From a virus: a DNA stretch of 64,000 bases. The position numbers and the translations under genes were made by a program. Location: the IMG/VR virus record IMGVR_UViG_3300035181_002344; one strand, given 5' to 3'. Shown here in pieces: positions 32,535-41,712 of the stretch. Below the pieces are notes generated by a model. It was not told the origin of the DNA. It worked only from the letters and a program-made list of their open reading frames with translations, and did no database searches. The number at the start of each line of letters is the position of its first letter. The first letter of the stretch is position 1.

Positions 32535-33581
32535 CTAATCTTTAAAATAAACAGTGATAATTTTCTTAAGTTTTCGCTCTTTAGAAACAGACAAGATCAT
32601 TTGAGATGCTTGGCTGTATGGAGCTGCAATCGTATCGGCAAAATCATCATATCCGCACATAGAAGAGGAACGAACAACTGTAGTTTTTCCAACTTCTACT
32701 ATTAACTGATAATGGTAATGGCCCGTTAGTACAACGTCTGCATTATGTATTCCATGCAATACAAAAGCTTCTCTATCACTGGATGGTGTTCCCGCAGATT
32801 TTTTCATAATATGTCTGAGATGAAAATTCCATCCTTTGATATTTATATTTATTGACTGTGAATCGCCAAGATTTGTTTTGTATTCATTGGTAACATTTTT
32901 CATTATATTCGGGTCATGCAATTGCAAACTTCTGATTGTCGTTTCCCACGCTTTGGCTACGCCTTTGTCCCAATTGTCATCGGGATGACGTGAGAGTTTT
33001 GATTTTGGCGTTCCGTGGTTACCTGGAACCCAATGAAAATCAACGGGCAATAATTTATCGTATTTTTCTATGAAAAAGTCATTAAGCTTCTTCATATTTT
33101 TATTCAACGATGTAATAAATGCCGCAGTTTGCGCATGTACAATATCATCGGTTAAAAATCCTTGCGTCGGATATGTTGAACCATCGCCTTCTATATGGTC
33201 TCCAAGCATGCATATTTTAACCTGATCGTATGTATCTGGATTGTTATTAATTTCTTCGATTGCTTCATCAAAGAGCTGTGACATTCTTTTATCCGCAATC
33301 TTGAGATTAAATACCTCTTTGTATGGCGGTTTTAGAGAATGCCTTATTTTACCGAAATGGTTATCTGAAATTACTATTACTAAAGCTTCTTTATCGTCGG
33401 ATATTGGTATTTTAGGATGATATATTTTTTTATGATCTCTTAAAAGTGTCTCTAATACATCGAGCCAATTACGACGGATTCTTGTTTTTGAAGCATTATT
33501 TTGTATTTCTAAATTAGAAAGAGTGGAGACAAAGTCGCACTCTTCCTCATTAAGTGGCTCTAATAATTCATTTTCATTCAT
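32535..33581 (-). CDS. Calcineurin-like metallophosphoesterase
   Basis: SDNHFG, GDHIEG, GNHG, GHYH motifs. Confidence 0.85.
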   Translation of the reverse strand: MNENELLEPLNEEECDFVSTLSNLEIQNNASKTRIRRNWLDVLETLLRDHKKIYHPKIPISDDKEALVIVISDNHFGKIRHSLKPPYKEVFNLKIADKRMSQLFDEAIEEINNNPDTYDQVKICMLGDHIEGDGSTYPTQGFLTDDIVHAQTAAFITSLNKNMKKLNDFFIEKYDKLLPVDFHWVPGNHGTPKSKLSRHPDDNWDKGVAKAWETTIRSLQLHDPNIMKNVTNEYKTNLGDSQSININIKGWNFHLRHIMKKSAGTPSSDREAFVLHGIHNADVVLTGHYHYQLIVEVGKTTVVRSSSMCGYDDFADTIAAPYSQASQMILSVSKERKLKKIITVYFKD

Positions 33582-36007
33582 ATTGCTTCCATGTTATAAA
33601 GTGGATCTTTGATTTTTGCCAGTCCTAACAAGTATTCAGCTGTATAACTTTGTCCGATGAATTTACCATATATTTGGTATTTGCCATTTGTTTTAGACAA
33701 TTTATTATATAGCTGGTCTAATAACGGAATTGACCGTATCTCTAAAGGAATATCGTATTTTGTTTGCTCATTCCTTTCTGGCAACTTGATGACTGACATA
33801 CTATTTAACCAATATGATTCTTCAGGGTCGTCCGTTCTTATACCGCTAACTCCAACTGCAGATCCTTCTAGAGTTTTAATCATATTTTTATAACTGGACA
33901 TTTTTCGGCTTGTTATTATATATTTTGATTCTTTGTTATTTAAGGTGCGTACAATAACTAAAGCACCTTTTCCAGATTTGAAAGCAATCACCTTTTTTAC
34001 AATGCCATAGGTCATATTCTCGTTCTTTTTCTTGGCTTCTGCAATTGCTAAGCGATAACGTTCAAATGGATCATATTTAATATTCAAACCGAGAGTTTCT
34101 AATTCGAATGCTGCAAGCTTTTCATCATCATACTCCAGCATTTCAGGAAATGAAATCCATTCCTTTTTGAATGGTAGTAATGACCATTCTTTTGTTTTGT
34201 AATGTTTAATGAATTTAAGCAAATAATCGATATAACGAGTTTCTCCTTCTTTGATTGCAAATACTTGTGATATTTTAATCATTGAAGAAAATGCGCCCGA
34301 TTTTATCATTTGCTCAAGTACATTAGATTTAACATCTGTTCTATATATAAAATCTGACAATGATTTAAATAGCCCGTGTTTTTGTCTTTCTGCCATGAAG
34401 GCTTCTGCTGATTGCACGCCTACATTTTTAATACCGCCTAATCCAAATAATATTGTTTTGTCATCAATAACTCTGAAATTAGCATAACTTCTATTGATAT
34501 CTGGGGGATATAGTTTAATTCCGTAATATTCGGCTTCTTTTAAGAATGCTGTAACGCTTTCTTGATCGCCTATGTCAGTAATAATATTTGCGGTATAAAA
34601 TTCTGCTCTATAATGTGTTTTCAAATATGCTGTTTTAACAGCTAACACTGAGTAAGCAAGAGCATGGGACTTATTAAACGCGTAATTTGAAAAGGATTCC
34701 ATTTCACTCCAAAGAGCATTGATATCATCAAGGGACATCCCTTTTTGCATTGCTTTTTCTGTGAAACGAACCTTTTCTTTGGCCATTTTCTCTGTAATCT
34801 TTTTAGCAACGATCTTTCTAAATTCGTCTCCTTCATGGTCAGAATAACCTGCTAAATCTTGCACTAGCCTTTGAATTTGTTCTTGATATATGAAATATCC
34901 ATAGGTATCTTTGAAGATATCTTTTACCAAAGGAAATCTTTCGCCATGCGGCAGAATATGTGTTGGTTGGCCGCCATTGCGGATAATGATTATTTCCTTT
35001 AAGAATTCCATCGGGCCTGGTCGAAAAGCCGCATTGATAAGTGTGATGTCATTTAAATTTGTTGGCTGAAAATCTCTTACAACTCTTGAAATGCCATCTC
35101 CTTCAAATTGGAAAATACCAAGCAATCTACCTTCGGCCATAAATTTATATGTCGCCGGATCATCTAATGGAATATCGTCCAATGTTAACTTTATTCCTCT
35201 GTTCTCTTCTATCAGCTCAAGACATGTTTTTATCACGTTTAATGTAGATAATCCGAGAAAATCCATTTTTATTAAACCAAGCTCTTCAGCTTCTTGCATC
35301 GTGAATTCGACTATAGGTATGTCGATGCCATCAACAGTTTTATCTTGTTGCCTCCAAACTGGTGCAACTTCGTTGATTGGCACCGATGATATTACATACC
35401 CTGCCGCATGCTGCGAAGGAGATTTTATGAGACCTTCTAGTTTAATAGCGTGGTCAACAATTCTTTTGAGATCTTCATCTTTCTCATATGCTTTTTGGAA
35501 TTCCTTGAGCCCTCCTTTAGGGTCCATTATTTTCTTGAACGTCCAAGCTCGACCTAAAATGGCTGCGGGTATTAGTTTAGCATATTGATCTGCTTTAGCA
35601 AAATCATAGCCTAAAACTCTTGCTGCTGTACGAAGGGCATTTTTAGCCCATATGTAATTTCTTGCGGATAAACCAGCTACTTTGTCACTGCCATACTTAT
35701 CAATAACATATTGAAGCACATGCAGTCTATCGGCATCTGGAAAATCAATATCTATATCAGGTATTGTTCCGCCTTTGTATTTTACTGAACCTAATGGTTT
35801 TTCTTCAGCTATGCCAATTAGATAGGCTACCATTGAATTAACCTGCCGATTATCAACAGTAATTCTTTTTTCTAATATTTCAAGGAAATAGTCTTCCATC
35901 TCGGCTATTTCAATAGCACCTATTTCTTTTTTGTAAGCTTGATATTCAATGTCATTGAGTTGTTTGAGTCTGGGGCTCTGTTGACATATCTGTCTTAGCT
36001 TCTGCAT
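33578..36007 (-). CDS. dnaE: DNA polymerase III alpha, C-terminal part (palm/fingers/HhH)
   Basis: PDIDIDF, HAAG, KMDFLGL, GIFQFE, YQEQ, FNKSHA, PPDIN.S, GLGGIKNVG. Confidence 0.95.
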   Translation of the reverse strand: MQKLRQICQQSPRLKQLNDIEYQAYKKEIGAIEIAEMEDYFLEILEKRITVDNRQVNSMVAYLIGIAEEKPLGSVKYKGGTIPDIDIDFPDADRLHVLQYVIDKYGSDKVAGLSARNYIWAKNALRTAARVLGYDFAKADQYAKLIPAAILGRAWTFKKIMDPKGGLKEFQKAYEKDEDLKRIVDHAIKLEGLIKSPSQHAAGYVISSVPINEVAPVWRQQDKTVDGIDIPIVEFTMQEAEELGLIKMDFLGLSTLNVIKTCLELIEENRGIKLTLDDIPLDDPATYKFMAEGRLLGIFQFEGDGISRVVRDFQPTNLNDITLINAAFRPGPMEFLKEIIIIRNGGQPTHILPHGERFPLVKDIFKDTYGYFIYQEQIQRLVQDLAGYSDHEGDEFRKIVAKKITEKMAKEKVRFTEKAMQKGMSLDDINALWSEMESFSNYAFNKSHALAYSVLAVKTAYLKTHYRAEFYTANIITDIGDQESVTAFLKEAEYYGIKLYPPDINRSYANFRVIDDKTILFGLGGIKNVGVQSAEAFMAERQKHGLFKSLSDFIYRTDVKSNVLEQMIKSGAFSSMIKISQVFAIKEGETRYIDYLLKFIKHYKTKEWSLLPFKKEWISFPEMLEYDDEKLAAFELETLGLNIKYDPFERYRLAIAEAKKKNENMTYGIVKKVIAFKSGKGALVIVRTLNNKESKYIITSRKMSSYKNMIKTLEGSAVGVSGIRTDDPEESYWLNSMSVIKLPERNEQTKYDIPLEIRSIPLLDQLYNKLSKTNGKYQIYGKFIGQSYTAEYLLGLAKIKDPLYNMEAI

Positions 36008-36368
36008 TGTTTTCCTCGCTCAATTCTCTAATAACCGACATAATTTCTGTTTCTTTTTCTGGTGGATAGTTTCCGCGAGAACGCTTTGTAGAAAATAATG
36101 TTTTGTTATTTTTCTCTTTAGCGCTGTATTGAAATGAGCACCCTGTGGTTTTGTGAAACTTTTCAAATAGTTTACGATATTCCTTGTCATTAAATGACCA
36201 TTGACCACCGCATTGTTTACAATAGTATGTATAGGGGCCTTTTTCAAAGCCTTCAGTTGTGGCCGCTTTTAGAAAGTCCAAAAGTGTTTTTTCGCCAAAC
36301 TCTTTTGATAGGTCATTTAATTTGCCGGTAAATATTAGTTCACCAATGTGTGCGTTGTTATTATCCAT
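35952..36368 (-). CDS. Hypothetical Zn-binding protein between the dnaE halves
   Basis: CKQC...H...C; overlaps both neighbours. Confidence 0.55.
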   Translation of the reverse strand: MDNNNAHIGELIFTGKLNDLSKEFGEKTLLDFLKAATTEGFEKGPYTYYCKQCGGQWSFNDKEYRKLFEKFHKTTGCSFQYSAKEKNNKTLFSTKRSRGNYPPEKETEIMSVIRELSEENNAEAKTDMSTEPQTQTTQ

Positions 36369-37698
36369 GTGTTCCTCGGTGTTTCATCCATTGCTCAAAT
36401 GGATATTCTGGAAAAGATATTAGTGGTATTGCGCTTCTGCCTTTATTTAGAAATCGGCCAAAGCTTAAATCGTATTTTATTGGGTCTATATCTGTTATTC
36501 TAAGCGCATAAGATACAAGGCTTCCAGCTGCAGAGCCTCTGCCTGGTCCTACTAGAATTCCATGAGTCTTAGCCCATACAACATAATCAGAAACTATTAA
36601 GAAATAGCTAGCAAAGTTCATCTGAGTGATTATTTGAATCTCATATAGCAATCGATTTTTATATTCCGCGGGAACTTTATTTGTCCCCATTCGTTTAATA
36701 AGACCTTCTATTGCTCGTTTGCGAAATAGTTCGTCTTCATGACGAATATTTCCAAACGTCGGAATTTTATAATTACCGAACTCGAATTCAAAGCTTACTC
36801 TATCTGCTATCTCTAATGTATTATTTATAGCTTCTGGATATTGTGAAAATCTCTGTTTTAAATATTCCTCGTCGGGCAGATAGTAACCATCTCCCGGATA
36901 TTTTCCAAAATCTGGATCATCTAAGGTTGTTTTCTTTCTATCGGCTAACATCATATCGTGTATAGTCACATCTTGGTCAAGCACCATATGTGTGTCGCCG
37001 GTTGCAACTGTTTTAATTTTATATTTGTCGGCGAATTCTAATATTGCTTCTCTAATAATAGCTTCCTGTCTTAACCCATGGTTCATAATCTCTAAATAAA
37101 ATCTGTCGCCGAAAATTTCCTTATGCCATTTAATTACATCTTCTGGACTTTCTTTACGATGTTTATCGCAAATATGTCCATCGCTACAATCAGCGCATTC
37201 TATAGCCGTTAGTGTTTCATAGCCATCTTCGTCTTTGAATGAGATATTTCTTTGGTCCATAATAGTTTTTGATAAATTAGAGGCAAGGCATCCAGATAAT
37301 ACTATTAAGCCTTCATTGTATCTGCGTAATAATTCTCTATCTATGCGAGGCTTACGATAAAACGATTCAGCTTTAAATGATTCGTTTACTAAAGTGCATA
37401 AATTCTGCCAGCCCTTTTTATTCATAGCTATCAATGTTAAATGATAGTAATGGTCTATCTTATTCTCTTTATCAAATCGCGAACGATTAGCAACATAAGC
37501 TTCCATTCCTAAAATAGGCTTAATATCAACGGCTTTCATTGTTTTGTAAAATTCAACTGCTCCAGATAATGTTCCATGATCAGTTAAAGCAATTGCCGGG
37601 TATTTTAGTTCTTTTGCTCGTTTTGCTAAATCTGGAATCTTGGCAACACTATCCATCGTAGAGAATGTCGTGTGCTGATGTAGATTTACGAAGTTCAT
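36361..37698 (-). CDS. dnaE: DNA polymerase III alpha, N-terminal part (PHP domain)
   Basis: LHQHT.FS..D, TDHG, G.EAY, HLTL, GPGRGSAAGSLV.Y.L.IT.IDP...RFLN. Confidence 0.95.
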   Translation of the reverse strand: MNFVNLHQHTTFSTMDSVAKIPDLAKRAKELKYPAIALTDHGTLSGAVEFYKTMKAVDIKPILGMEAYVANRSRFDKENKIDHYYHLTLIAMNKKGWQNLCTLVNESFKAESFYRKPRIDRELLRRYNEGLIVLSGCLASNLSKTIMDQRNISFKDEDGYETLTAIECADCSDGHICDKHRKESPEDVIKWHKEIFGDRFYLEIMNHGLRQEAIIREAILEFADKYKIKTVATGDTHMVLDQDVTIHDMMLADRKKTTLDDPDFGKYPGDGYYLPDEEYLKQRFSQYPEAINNTLEIADRVSFEFEFGNYKIPTFGNIRHEDELFRKRAIEGLIKRMGTNKVPAEYKNRLLYEIQIITQMNFASYFLIVSDYVVWAKTHGILVGPGRGSAAGSLVSYALRITDIDPIKYDLSFGRFLNKGRSAIPLISFPEYPFEQWMKHRGTHG

Positions 37699-37712
37699 TG
37701 TTATTTCCTAGT

Positions 37713-38162
37713 TTATGCTTCTATATCTGACTGATTGTCATAAATGATATGATGTCTAAATACACTTTTGCATTCGTTTAATGTTGGAAAGCAATTATGT
37801 GTGCGGATAATATTGAATTTTTCTATCCAATATGGTTGTATGTATTCAACTCTTGTTGATAAGGTATAGAATACCTCTTTTTTACCATTGTGCTTGATGA
37901 ATTTGTCTTTAGTAGTTTCTATTATCTTTTCTTTAGACAGAAATGACTTTTTGTTAATCAAATATCTCTTGTACACCGGTGTAACAGCAAGTAGCTTTCT
38001 GTCAAGAATCATCTCTGAATTTAATAATTCATTTAATTCTTGCTCCGATGATAAAAGAAAATATCTGATCTCGCCTTTTATTGTTACTTTGAGTATAGTG
38101 TAATCATTACTAAAGACCATTTCTTCTGACGGCGATAATTCTTTAGTTTCTGCTTGGTTCAT
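37713..38162 (-). CDS. Hypothetical protein
   Basis: ORF in operon. Confidence 0.5.
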   Translation of the reverse strand: MNQAETKELSPSEEMVFSNDYTILKVTIKGEIRYFLLSSEQELNELLNSEMILDRKLLAVTPVYKRYLINKKSFLSKEKIIETTKDKFIKHNGKKEVFYTLSTRVEYIQPYWIEKFNIIRTHNCFPTLNECKSVFRHHIIYDNQSDIEA

Positions 38163-38784
38163 GTAGTTGTTCTCTTATAGTGTATGTGCGTGAATAGATA
38201 TAGCGTAAGCTACTTTGATAATCTCTTTGTTTAATGTCAGAAAATAAGCCGACTATATCAGGATCTTCGATTGGATAAATTTCAAATAGCCCGTTATGAA
38301 AAATTGTTGGGGATTCCAACATCATATTATAATTCCACCGGTCCATTTTTTCTCCTAACGATAGTACAAATGATTCATATCCTAAAGGAATAATTAGCGA
38401 TGGGTGAAGACTTTCTATGATTTCTTCATAGATCCATAGTAACTTATTTATCTCGTCTAATTCGAATTTACTATTGCCTAAGCGGGTAAATGGGACGATA
38501 TTGATAAAAAGGAAGTCATCTTCTTTGAATCCGTTCCGCAAAGCCATAGCTTTAAAAGTTGCTCCTGTAGGGCATTGAAAAGCACAGTTATGCACGTTAT
38601 TATATTTCGCCCAAAATAATTCTGTAAAATCAGCGTTTATTTTACAAACTATGATGGGACTATCTGCATTGCCTCCCCATATAATATGGTGGTCGTCATA
38701 TAGCCTCTGTGGTTGATTAGATTTTTTAGATATAAATTTGCCTATTTCATCAGATAGGCCGTTTAGAATCGCTTCTTTGTCCAT
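38143..38784 (-). CDS. Degenerate family-4 uracil-DNA-glycosylase-like protein
   Basis: G.GN.D..I, F..P.G, N.V, EI....P..I..LG skeleton; GEAPG and HP motifs absent. Confidence 0.5.
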   Translation of the reverse strand: MDKEAILNGLSDEIGKFISKKSNQPQRLYDDHHIIWGGNADSPIIVCKINADFTELFWAKYNNVHNCAFQCPTGATFKAMALRNGFKEDDFLFINIVPFTRLGNSKFELDEINKLLWIYEEIIESLHPSLIIPLGYESFVLSLGEKMDRWNYNMMLESPTIFHNGLFEIYPIEDPDIVGLFSDIKQRDYQSSLRYIYSRTYTIREQLHEPSRN

Positions 38785-38811
38785 CTGGACCTCTAAATAA
38801 TATGTAAATAT

Positions 38812-39381
38812 TTAGCGATTCAGCTTTATTTGCATTATAAATTCATCGCTGAATTCACCATTATTGTATTTGGTACAACATTTAGCGCATGCAGCGTTTA
38901 CAATTCGAGAGGTTTTATTTTGAAACTGGTAGGTGTATCCGCATTTTGGACATGTGGCAACATATCGTTTTTGTGGCTGCTTGATATGTGGCAATGCTAA
39001 TTTTGACGGCGTTACATCAAGCCACTCGCACATTTTAAAAAATATCTCATTATGAGCTGATTGCTCTGACAAGATATGTGCGAATTCATGTTTAATAATA
39101 TCAGCTACGGCTTTCTCGTTGTTTATTTTAATAACCGGCTCTGATATTTCAAATCTTTTCTCTCTAAAAAATGTAATTCCCGCTGAGTTAATGCGTTTGT
39201 TAAGGCTGAACGTCCAGCCCATTTCGGAGATCCCGAATTCATCCATGAGTTCTTGGATTAATTTCTTAGCTTTATCAATATTCATTGTTATCTCTGGAAA
39301 TATATCCTGCAAATATAAATTTGCAGGATACTTGGGTTTAGTATCCATGTCAATATATGACATAGTAGCATTATGATTCAA
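38812..39381 (-). CDS. SprT-like metalloprotease
   Basis: HEFAH..H..F motif plus CxxC/CxxC Zn ribbon. Confidence 0.85.
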   Translation of the reverse strand: MNHNATMSYIDMDTKPKYPANLYLQDIFPEITMNIDKAKKLIQELMDEFGISEMGWTFSLNKRINSAGITFFREKRFEISEPVIKINNEKAVADIIKHEFAHILSEQSAHNEIFFKMCEWLDVTPSKLALPHIKQPQKRYVATCPKCGYTYQFQNKTSRIVNAACAKCCTKYNNGEFSDEFIMQIKLNR

Positions 39382-40468
39382 CGTCTAGAAGTTCGCCGGT
39401 TTGCAAATCGACTTTTTCTAGCAGATAAGGGCGAGTTTTTTGCCAAATCTCTTCTAAAAGCTCAGGCTTCGCTTTTAATTTAAGCCGCGCCATATTCAAT
39501 CCATTACCTAACGATTGCTCTCCATAATAGTAGTAGTTACCTTTCATTATAACAACGCCTGTTTTAACAGCGAGATTTAGTTTATCAGCTTCAATAGAAA
39601 ATCCTTCGCCGGGTATAAATAAAAACGACTCTTTGAGAAACGGAACACCAAGTTTATTCTTGTCGCCGAAAATTGTTACTATCAAACCAATAAATTGATC
39701 CTTGCTATCATATAATTCTTTGTCGATGGAGAATTTCAATGCAGTGTGCGGATAGAATTTCATTGCGTTACCACCGGTATATTTTCTGCCGATGGATTTC
39801 ATCATTCCACCCATGCTGACGATATTTTCGCGCATTTGATTAATATAAATAATAGAGCATTTATTATCATTAGCCGGGCCAACAATTCCTTCTAAATGTC
39901 TAGATAGCCTACGTGCTAATTCTCCCACTGAATCCTTACCATTCTCAGCTTCATATGTGCGCTGAGTCCCTAAAGCAGATACAGAGTCACAGACTACTAT
40001 GTTAACTGCTCCGCTTTTAACATAGATATTGATAGCATCGAAAGCTTGTTCTCCGTAGTCTGGAATGATCAGATGAAATAGATCTTCGCGTGTATAGTCA
40101 ATGCCAAACGCTTTTTTAGCGTATTTTGCATCGAAGGATCGTTCAGCATCGCACCACATGCCTGGCATGTTATCGGCGTTTAGCCAGCCTACTATTTGCT
40201 CAGCTAATGATGATTTGCCGCATGATTCCATGCCGAAGAAGTTATATAGTTTTCCGAGAGCAAAGCCACTATCTGGCCCCGTGTATCTACCGGATAAGAT
40301 ATAGTTAAGACTCGGTAACGGTAACTCTTTTCTTGAGACCACCATATCTTCTACGCGATCATAGTATAGAGTAGCCTCTGTGTGTAAGTTTAGCAATTCT
40401 GCTTTGGCGAGGGCCAAAGCAGAATTATTCGCGGTTGCTGTAGTTTCTTTGTTTGTTCTCTTAGCCAT
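39371..40468 (-). CDS. recA: RecA/UvsX recombinase (likely start ATG 40468)
   Basis: GMESCGKSS Walker A, DAE, VVCDSVSAL, INQMRE, GGNAMKFY, KNK. Confidence 0.92.
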   Translation of the reverse strand: MAKRTNKETTATANNSALALAKAELLNLHTEATLYYDRVEDMVVSRKELPLPSLNYILSGRYTGPDSGFALGKLYNFFGMESCGKSSLAEQIVGWLNADNMPGMWCDAERSFDAKYAKKAFGIDYTREDLFHLIIPDYGEQAFDAINIYVKSGAVNIVVCDSVSALGTQRTYEAENGKDSVGELARRLSRHLEGIVGPANDNKCSIIYINQMRENIVSMGGMMKSIGRKYTGGNAMKFYPHTALKFSIDKELYDSKDQFIGLIVTIFGDKNKLGVPFLKESFLFIPGEGFSIEADKLNLAVKTGVVIMKGNYYYYGEQSLGNGLNMARLKLKAKPELLEEIWQKTRPYLLEKVDLQTGELLDVES

Positions 40469-40527
40469 TGTGATTCCGTTGGAGTGAATATCGTATATAA
40501 TTTGTTTGCTGAGGTTAGTGACTAGTC

Positions 40528-40634
40528 TTTTCAATCACTTTAATCTCCTATCTCTAGGGGAGTCGGCGTTGTCTAGTCGTCGGTTGTTATAACGCGAGGG
40601 CTTTAGACGAAAACTAGCGAACGCGTCGACTTTC
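40528..40634 (+). repeat. Structured motif copy 1 (AATCACTTTAAT + small hairpin + long hairpin)
   Basis: Shares TTTTC(T)AATCACTTTAAT(C)TCCTA-N4-TAGGGG-W-GTCGGC...GAC-W-TTC with 41106..41190. Confidence 0.8.
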
Positions 40635-40651
40635 GTAAACCTTATTACTTA

Positions 40652-40681
40652 AATATAATGAAAACCCGTAATACGTGTCAA
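40652..40681 (-). promoter_or_regulatory. Sigma70-type promoter firing toward recA
   Basis: TTGACA-N18-TATATT on the minus strand with AT-rich upstream sequence. Confidence 0.65.
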
Positions 40682-40878
40682 GTAAAAAATTATAAGTTAT
40701 TACAAGACAATAAGTTACAGAGGTGAATCGGACACGATGTCTTTGAGTTTTCCGAGGACTTGTGTGTCCGATTAAGCCTTGTGTGTCGCAGTAAAAAAGG
40801 GGGCGCTCTTAAAAATACTCCCACCATTTCATAATGATCCCACCACCTAAAAAGGCTGCCGGGACCTAATAAAAATTC

Positions 40879-41085
40879 TTAGTCTTTACTTTTTTCTTCG
40901 ACTTTTATAAGTTCATTTACATAATTGATAATCTCTTCATCAGTATCAAAGGAATCAATTACCGTTGGTTCTGTATCTGCGTCTGTTGGTAATTCAGTTA
41001 GTGTATATTTGCGATTTTCGTATACACTTATATTAAACTTTTCCTTTAATACATTGATTGCTTCTTCGAATGTTGTAATTTCCAT
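40879..41085 (-). CDS. Hypothetical acidic protein
   Basis: GGAG RBS; 68 aa. Confidence 0.6.
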   Translation of the reverse strand: MEITTFEEAINVLKEKFNISVYENRKYTLTELPTDADTEPTVIDSFDTDEEIINYVNELIKVEEKSKD

Positions 41086-41105
41086 AATATGTCTCCATTT
41101 ATTTA

Positions 41106-41190
41106 TTTTCTAATCACTTTAATTCCTATAACTAGGGGTGTCGGCTTAGCAACTGAATTTAAAATCATTAGTCAGCGTTAGCTGACATTC
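41106..41190 (+). repeat. Structured motif copy 2
   Basis: See 40528..40634; closing pair covaries (A-T vs T-A). Confidence 0.8.
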
Positions 41191-41280
41191 AACTTGACTA
41201 AAAAACAGCCCTCTTGTCAGAGCTGTAATTAGCATTGGTAAAAATGCCATTTTGTGGGACAGAAATGCTGTTTTTTACGA

Positions 41281-41297
41281 TTGGCATGGATTTTGGT
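41281..41297 (+). promoter_or_regulatory. Sigma54-like (-24/-12) promoter of hsp20
   Basis: TTGGCATGGATTTTGGT matches TGGCA-N6-TTG, with G instead of C at -12. Confidence 0.5.
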
Positions 41298-41354
41298 AAT
41301 TGCGAGATACAAAACAACTAATTAAATAACAAACTAATCAAAAGGAGGTTACTT

Positions 41355-41696
41355 ATGATACACAAATATTTCTACGCATTTTCTTCTTCTAATTTTAATT
41401 ATCCAGCAACCTTTTCTCCAAAAATAGATGTTTCTGAGGAAGAAGACAAAATCAACATTATTGCCGAAATTCCTGGCGTAAAGAAACAAGATGTTAAAAT
41501 TACATTAGAGGATGATATTTTAACTATCGAGGGAGAAAAGAAACAAGGATCTGAAAAGTCTCTTAGCTTCAAACGTAGCTTTACTCTGCCTGCAGAAGTT
41601 GACGGGGAAAAAGTAGAAGCTAAGATTGAAGATGGAATATTGAATATCTCGTTTAAAAAATTAGAACCGCGTAGAAAAATAATAGAGCTGGTTTAA
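41355..41696 (+). CDS. Hsp20/alpha-crystallin small heat-shock protein
   Basis: P.IDVSE...AEIPGVKK.DV.I.L....LTIEGEKK...F.RSF.LP......A..EDGIL.I; AAGGAGG RBS. Confidence 0.93.
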   Translation: MIHKYFYAFSSSNFNYPATFSPKIDVSEEEDKINIIAEIPGVKKQDVKITLEDDILTIEGEKKQGSEKSLSFKRSFTLPAEVDGEKVEAKIEDGILNISFKKLEPRRKIIELV

Positions 41697-41710
41697 TTCC
41701 AGCTCTTATT
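41681..41710. terminator. Hairpin between convergent hsp20 and receiver genes
   Basis: AGAGCTGG/CCAGCTCT stem. Confidence 0.55.
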
Positions 41711-41712
41711 TG

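Noticed and set aside
35760-36440. Intein or self-splicing intron splitting dnaE
   Set aside because: No C/S...HN intein ends and no recognisable intron core; the gap is filled by overlapping ORFs and duplicated protein sequence
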